A stretch of DNA of 64,000 nt, from contig NC_043010.1 of NCBI RefSeq assembly GCF_006345805.1, positions 38,998,001 to 39,062,000 of the forward strand. The letters run 5' to 3'. Origin of the DNA: Octopus sinensis (Eukaryota). Under the pieces are notes generated by a model that made no database searches, was not told where the DNA came from, and saw only the letters and a program-made list of their open reading frames with translations. Every line of letters begins with the position of its first letter. Position 1 is the first letter of the stretch. This document shows positions 56,094-64,000 of this stretch, piece by piece. The position numbers were made by a program, and so were the translations under genes.

Positions 56094-59000
56094 TAGATAC
56101 ATACATACATACATATGTACGTATATATACATATATATATATGCATATGTATATATATATGTATATATATATACATATATACATACATATATACATATAT
56201 AAACATCCATATATTCATATATATATGTATATATATATATATGTGTGTGTATATATCTATGTATATATCAATGTATATAAATTTATATATATATATATAT
56301 ATATGCGTGGGGATGTACACAATAAGGTTACTTAGAAATGGTGCGTGATACGATATATATATATATATATTGTAACTCCTACGTGTAACTTATTGTGAAA
56401 AATTTGACTGACAATAATAAGATATATTATTATTATTATTATTATTGTTGTTGTTGTTTTGATTTTCATAGTCTTCATCGTCACCAGCTACACTCCTAAT
56501 CTCAATATCAATATCCTAATCATTATTGCCATCCTCTTTATCGCAATTATAATCCCCAACTTTAATACGACTACTATACACCTGTTTGAATATCATAGCT
56601 AACGGTTATCTTCACTGTTATCGTGACATGATATATCGGGATTTTCATCATTTCTATCTTATTTGTGATTCACAAAAACCTATAAAACGTATATAAAAGC
56701 AGCAGCAACAACAACAACAGCAACAGCAACAGCAACAAAAACCACATCAACAAAAACTACAACAACAAAATATGACAAAGTCATCTTATGTACTTACCAC
56801 CGTAGGCATACGTGGAAAAATACAAATTGTTAAAGAAAACGAAAATGATTTCTCTTTCAAAATTAGATTATATGTTTTCTATATTTTGAATATATGAAGA
56901 AAAATATAAACATAAACAAAAAGAAAATAAAAAATTGCTTTCAAAATATCTGTAGTTAAAAATGAAACTCTGTGATATGAATTCAACATACATGATTTTA
57001 ATTATTTTCGGCTTTATTCTGCGTAGTTTCTTTTTAAATTTATTTCTCGTTCCACTCAGAAAATCACATCACAAACCTCATTGAAATAAATTTACTTTTC
57101 GTGTGCGGAAAAACGGGTTAAAACGAAAACATATTGCAAAAAGAAATTTGAACATCTTTTTTATCACTTAATGCTTTCATATTTCATCTACTGGTTAAAA
57201 CATTAAATATTTATTTTTGAAAATATATTTACAAATATTGACGGCAGATATAAATATATATTTGATTAAAGATCTTATTTAATGTAATGACTGAATATAA
57301 ACTACCAAATGAAATGTATAAATTTTTCTGCAATTAGAAGTTTAATATGGGTTTAAAAAAGTTTGTGTGTGATTCAGTCAACGCAGTTAGTGTACATACA
57401 ATTAAGGCGTACCAAGAGTTCGTATTAACTTTGTGATATCGCACAACTTCCAGACAAAAAAGATACAATGTTTTGTATCCAGTTCTGACCGCCTGATCAA
57501 TTAATTGGCCAAAAGACGAGAAATGATTCATTGATTCGTCATTCTGGATATACCATACTGGGTAGAAATCAGAATATTTAATCACACTTCATTCCCTTGA
57601 GTGATCGATAAACTATAATTATCTCCATACAACCTCTATCTGTCTCAGTGTTGTGTCCTTATTACTTGTTCAGGCAAACTGCATGGAACCTACGTGCAGT
57701 GTTTCTGTTCTCTATCCATAAAAAAATACAGGCTCCCCATGTTGTTTTTGATTATTATGTTTTTGCCCTCTATACAATCACAGAATAGGTCTGCATGTAT
57801 GATTCCTATGTTGTGTAACTAGGTCATGTGTTCATTGTTTGTAGTCGATGTACAGAATATTATTCCCATCTGTGTGTCCTTCTATGCCTACATCCTATGC
57901 CAATTTACAGAACAATTATCGTGTGAAGTGGGCAACCAAAAGATACACAATAATCAATCGTTGATTTTTGGACCGTAGTTCTGATTTCAATTCCAATCAA
58001 AAACTGATTATGTTTACAGTTTATTTGAGCATTGTATCAAATCATGATCGATTTAAAAATGATCAAAGACATTATATACATAACTATTTTCTCCATTTAG
58101 AAGCAAATCAACTACATCAATTTGGGGGATAAATATTCAAGAAAGCAAGAAGAGATTTAAGAGATATTAAGCTGCTATTTACAGCAGCTGGAGCGATTTG
58201 GCAGAGACATTCTTGTTGGCTGTCAGGAAAGCAAAATATCAAGCAAGCAAAATAGCCATGATGTTGGAATGGTTTTTAAAGAATGACATCTACTTTAGCA
58301 ATACCGCATCACCAGTTTGCACCGTTTCACCTCATTTGCGAATACTATTTCTTGTCACAGAATGTGCCATAATGTCACACCACTAATCTCCTATCGTTTC
58401 GTAGCAAAAAGAACATTAACTCATCTTCTGCCTAAGCAACTCCGCCGTTGAGGTAGGAATAGTGTACTGAAAACACCCTAAAACACTGCATTCCATTTTC
58501 GCACACCACGTATTAACAGGATTATTTCACTCAACGAATACAACATCTTGGGGACCTGTACATGCATACAGAGCAAAAAAAGCCCCACTATAATCTGAAC
58601 ATAGACATAGCTACTCACAGCATATCTGCGCGCACATACACACAGATGCACAGATATACACATTATCCCAATTTCAACCAATAGACATCCGCAACCAACT
58701 ACACATTCACTCATCATCCCATATAAAAACACACATTGCGTATACGTACCTCCATTTCCCACACAATTATTCTACACATCATTGCATTCGCGCAAACTCC
58801 AGTATATGGAATCCCTACAATTCCTCGTTCAATTTCATTCTCTGGCTAGTGGTTTATCCCCCCTTTCTCTTCCGATTCTCTTCGATTCCTCTATATCCAT
58901 TTAATCTCAGTCTGATGCAGATAATGACTTGTCTTAGCAGTTCACTCCACTCCTAGTTTCTTTCTAACCGAAACCTGCCACGTAAATAGAAATCTACTTG

Positions 59001-60258
59001 CATCGCACGTTCAATTCTCTTTCCCGGTCTCGCAAATTTTATTCTATTCTTCAATGTTTCTCTCTGATAAAGTGCAACATACGAAACATCAGTTTCTCCT
59101 CCATTTCTTTCTTGTTTTAAACCCTCTTGTACACTACTTTGTTTGTTGTATATTTTCGCTTTATATTTCTACACTTCTCAAATAAGTTTGTTTCTTTGAA
59201 TCTATTTATTTTTTGTCTCTTCTTCACTTCAAATTTTACGGTAACGTTATTTTTGTGATTTTTACCAGCAAATACATACATACATGCGCACACACAGGCA
59301 CACACAGACACACGCATGTATATGCGTGGTGATTGTGTGCATGTACATACATATGTACTTATACACATAGATGTGTATAGGCCTTATATACGAACGCTTT
59401 TCTAGTATATTCTAAGTAATAAAGATTCACAAAATGTTTTCCATTTCTGCTTGCAAGGGAAATGTAAATTAAGGGAAAAATAATAATTGGAATGCCACTT
59501 GAAACGAGAGAGAAACTAACTGGAGCATGAAGACGTCTTTGATGCGCAAAGAGAAATTTGCAATAGATACTGTTGTTATATTTAAATCTTTGAATCTCAA
59601 AAAACTACTCGACAGAATAATGCCACCTTAAAAGGAAATCATTAGACTGTGGGCTAAAATGTATAGTTGTATTGCACTCAAAAACAGAACCTACACACAT
59701 ACACATTCATGAATATATTTTATATCTATGTCTATATGTGAGTGGGATGAACATTTCGTATTCACATTTTAAATAATTTTTTATATATTTTAGTTTACTT
59801 AAGCGAAAGTATGTCTGCGTACTTAAAAATTACGCTATGCAACACCGCCATTTCAGGTTCGATTCCCATGCAATTCTCCTCGGCAAAGTTTCTTCTACTG
59901 CAGACCTAGACAAATCATTGCATTGCGAGGGAATTAAGTAGACAGAATCTTTATAGAAACCTGTCTTATATGCATATGCTTGGTGTTTTGTGGCTAACTA
60001 ACTTTCCATGCTCTCAAAGTTTTACGAGATAAACTTCTACAGATTCAATCGTTTGAATGACCGAAAGTAGAAATCTTTAAAATTCTATGTTTAGATTCAA
60101 TAGTAAACAATTTTCCCCCCAAATTCAACAATATATAAAATTCATGCTTTTGAATAAACGCACTACTTATAGTGCCTATATCTGTAGATGTTCCCTCTCT
60201 TCCTCTTTCGCTCTTATGTATATAACTTTGATCACTCTCCACCATTCTCTCTTATCTG

Positions 60259-60323
<65 letters not shown>

Positions 60324-60357
60324 ATATATATATATTATATATATATATATATATATA

Positions 60358-60396
<39 letters not shown>

Positions 60397-60661
60397 TATA
60401 TAAATATATACACAAATATATATATATATACCTATATATACATGTATGTATGTATACTTTTTTATTTTTCTTAACAGTATTATTTACTATGAACTGATAA
60501 AACAAAAGGAAACACCATTCATGTGCTTTAAATTACTATCATCAATCATACATAATATGAGAATCTTTTTTCACTTGTTAAACACAATCTTAAATCTAGT
60601 GTTCGCGAAAAGAGTAAGTCTCGTGTATATGCATATATGTATTCATACAGGTATGTATGCA

Positions 60662-60726
<65 letters not shown>

Positions 60727-61002
60727 ATATATATATATTTATTTATATATATATATATATATTTATATATACATATGTACATGTATATGTATATATAATA
60801 TATATATATATATCTACGTGTACATATATACATATATACATATACACACATACGTAGAAATGTATATAACTTATACGTGTATATGTAGAGATTACGTACA
60901 TATATTCGTATATATATGTATATATATAGTCATGCATAGTCACACATAAATACTATGCTAGCACACACTCTCACGCAAAGACACGCACACATACATACAT
61001 AA

Positions 61003-61043
<41 letters not shown>

Positions 61044-61083
61044 ATATATATAAAGGATACATATATATGTACATATATATATA

Positions 61084-61120
<37 letters not shown>

Positions 61121-61174
61121 GTTATATATATAAAGGATACATATATATGTACACATATATATATACGTATGTAT

Positions 61175-61226
<52 letters not shown>

Positions 61227-61779
61227 ATATGTATATATAGGATGAGAGAGTGCTTGAGAGACTGGGAGAAAAAGACGGAAGTGGATTCTGGAAAATATAA
61301 GCTGTTTGAGAAAATCTGTTTCACATCCAGAATTTTTAATTCTATTCTGCTGTTAAAACTTACTTTCTTTTAACGTCTTTTAGAGATGTAATTTAATTTA
61401 CCTGTGATTATTTGATTTGTTTCTTTCTTTTATTTTCTCACCTTACTTCAATTCTCATCGAATATTCAGGTTGATTCAATGCAGCTTCAACAGTTAATGT
61501 TTTACTGCGGAGTAGCTTATCAAGCAAACACTGCTGAAAGTAAGAAAAGAGAAACGAGAATTTCGATAATATTTTATAGTGAACGGCCACGTAATCCTAT
61601 CTGATTGAATTCAACACTGAAAACAGCAGGAGCACTATAGAATTCTCGTGCATTTCATTCGTTTGTCGAAATCAGTCTCCGCTCTCGGAATAATATTGAA
61701 ATTATTTGTTATGGATTCTGCCAGGTTAATTATCATTTTATTCTCTTAAAAGAAACTAGTCTGCGAAAACATGAAAAAT

Positions 61780-62661
61780 GAAGTGGTATTAAAAAGTTAT
61801 AGTTATGTTTAATAAAAAAAATACCTTATTTATCTGAGTTTTAAAAGTATCTCCTTCGGAACAGTCTCCTTGCGCTTCAATACACTAGTCCCCGCGTTCC
61901 TGCCACTTTTGGAATCTTGCCTGGAAGTGGTTTTCCGTAAGCGAATCTTCTGCGATCTGCTCTTGATCTCGTTAACGATGTTAAAACGGTGACATTGGAG
62001 CTGAATCTACATCTTGGGGAAGAGATAGAAGTTCGCAGCTGCTATATCAGGCAAATAAGGTGGATGCAGAAGCGATTCGATGTTGTTTTTGGCGAGACAC
62101 TCATGAGTGAGGGGAGCTCAGTAACTGAGTGCACTGATGTCGTGGAGTATCCAGACGTTAGGGTCGCCTACACGGACCCATACCACAGACTAAAAGCATC
62201 AGCAATACTATTGATTGTCCTCCGTCGATTCTCATGCACGAGCTGAAAAATTTTCTTCACGTTTTCGGGTCTGACGCTCGTAATAGTTCTTCCAACTCGT
62301 TCCTCATCTTCCACGGACGATCTTCAGGTTTTGAAGCCCCCGTACCACTCTAAATATTACCGCTCTGCCGTTAGCTTGCGAAAGCATGATAAATATCTCA
62401 GTAGCTTCCCAAGTTTAACGGAAAATTTCACGCTGACACTTTGTTCCTGTCCATGACAAAATCGAAGACTACAGCATGTATGTGATCTCCCCAATAAAAA
62501 AAAGGAAAAATATATTCGCAACTTGTGACGTAAGCACAGCGATGACACTCGGCACACTGCCTCATGAAAATCACTGCTAGCTCTCACTGCGCACATAACT
62601 GTGCTGCGATCTTTTGGCGCGCTACAGAACTAGTCCGAGAACCTCTTGGCACCATCTCGTA
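61780..62661 (-). mobile_element. Internally deleted mariner transposon
   Basis: Starts tacgagatgg; EQ(R)VSVKFSVKLGK..SVEDEERVGR; W.LHD..HPPY.PD.A.A.FYLFPK..FQKWQER..CIEAQGD (frameshifted). Confidence 0.88.
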
Positions 62662-63566
62662 TCTAATGTGAACTAATAGTAGCGTTTTTCTAACATCCAG
62701 GATACTTCATGGAAACCTTTCAATATATTAAGATCTCTGTATGGAGATCTTAATATATCTCTCAAGAGACCGGAAGAATTAAGACATGGCATATTTCACA
62801 ATTCACCATTGAAGTAGGAAGGAGCGTTACAAAACATTTCCTGCCTTTAGTTGGGCATTATTTCTCGATGGTCATAAATTTGATAACTTTCTCCACAAAA
62901 TAATATAAATATGAGCCATAGCAGCCAGAAAAACTTATCAAATGTCGATAAATGAAGCACCGTTAAATTGTTACAAATATGCGCAAACTAGAGGGATGTT
63001 AGAAGCAATTGTTGAAATTTAGAGAATTGCTTACCACACCAACAGAAAATGTTCTTCAGAAAGGCATTATACACTGTACTTATGCCTCTACCAGTAATAT
63101 ATCAAGGGAACTGCTAAAGACAAGAGGCTATTCTATCAGCTGTAATTTGAAATCCCGATAGAAGTTTGGCAAACGATTGACAAAACTGCAAGCAGCATCA
63201 TGCAGACGGTATTAGATAAAGCCAACACATTTGTTAAAGGTTCGAAGTATTACGAATTAACTTTTAAAAATGAAAATCCTCATGACTCACAATCTTACCT
63301 AAATCTTAAAGTTATTCTTTTTTAGTATACTTACCGTTTAACGTCCTGGTATTTCGCCTGGTGAATTCAGTATTGAAGACAACCAATTCCAAACATTTAC
63401 ATTGTTTGTGTACATGCACTGGTTACACTGTTACTACTGATATGACTCCATTTTCATGTTGGGACACTGGGGTGTACAGTTGATAAAATAAGTGACAAAA
63501 CTCAGGTTTAGAGTAAAAGTCGGTTGATCTGACACATAAGGACATACACACACACACATACACACA

Positions 63567-63607
<41 letters not shown>

Positions 63608-63610
63608 CGT

Positions 63611-63646
<36 letters not shown>

Positions 63647-63709
63647 GTAAGACATGGGTGTGTGTTTGTGTGTGTGTGTTTGTGTGTGTGCATGTTTGTG
63701 TGACAGTGT

Positions 63710-63905
63710 TTGTCCTCCCACCATCGCTTGACAACCGATGTTTGTGTATTTGCGTCCCTGTAACCTAATGGTTCCACAAAAGAGACCAATAGAACAAATA
63801 CTAAGCTTACAAAGAATAAGTCTTGGGACCTATTTGTTCGAGTAAATGCAGTGCTCTAGGGCGACCGCAGTCAAATGACTGAAATAAATAAAAGAATGAA
63901 ATAAT
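63710..63905 (+). mobile_element. Family A SINE 3' half
   Basis: cttgacaaccgatg..aagagaccaatagaa..gcagtcaaatgactgaaataa. Confidence 0.85.
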
Positions 63906-64000
63906 AAAACAATATATATGTATATGTGTGCGTATATATATAAGAGTTACAAAATCGTGCATGTGGGAGATATCATATATGTCTCTCCTGCTTGTACCAT

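Noticed and set aside
57334-57585. 83-aa minus-strand ORF (IKYSDFYPVWYIQ...)
   Set aside because: No convincing splice sites or recognisable domain; probably decayed TE or chance
60995-61160. ~80-bp local duplication, including a U12-like GTATCCTTT on the minus strand
   Set aside because: Embedded in AT microsatellite with no adjacent exon; slippage product (similarly 45050-45260)

Overview
AT-rich, microsatellite-dense animal genomic DNA. The SINE families suggest an octopod cephalopod (inferred from sequence recognition, not a database search). Most of the window looks like intron/intergenic space filled with TE debris: tRNA-derived SINEs, R4/Dong-like RLE LINE fragments tied to (TAA)n repeats, RTE and Tx1/L1-like fragments, deleted mariners, hAT-like and piggyBac remnants, a canonical non-autonomous Helitron and a 28S rRNA fragment. 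Only one convincing host exon was found (3246-3449, minus strand). Almost all ORFs in the supplied track are microsatellite artefacts. The most notable signal is a set of minimal type-I hammerhead ribozymes of the Penelope-like/retrozyme kind. They lie in a ~545-bp tandem-plus-inverted array at 46.07-47.53 kb, at the end of a strongly G/T-skewed fold-back locus at 11.5-14.05 kb, and in a pLTR-like segment at 14.6-15.2 kb. Coordinates were counted by eye and element boundaries are approximate.
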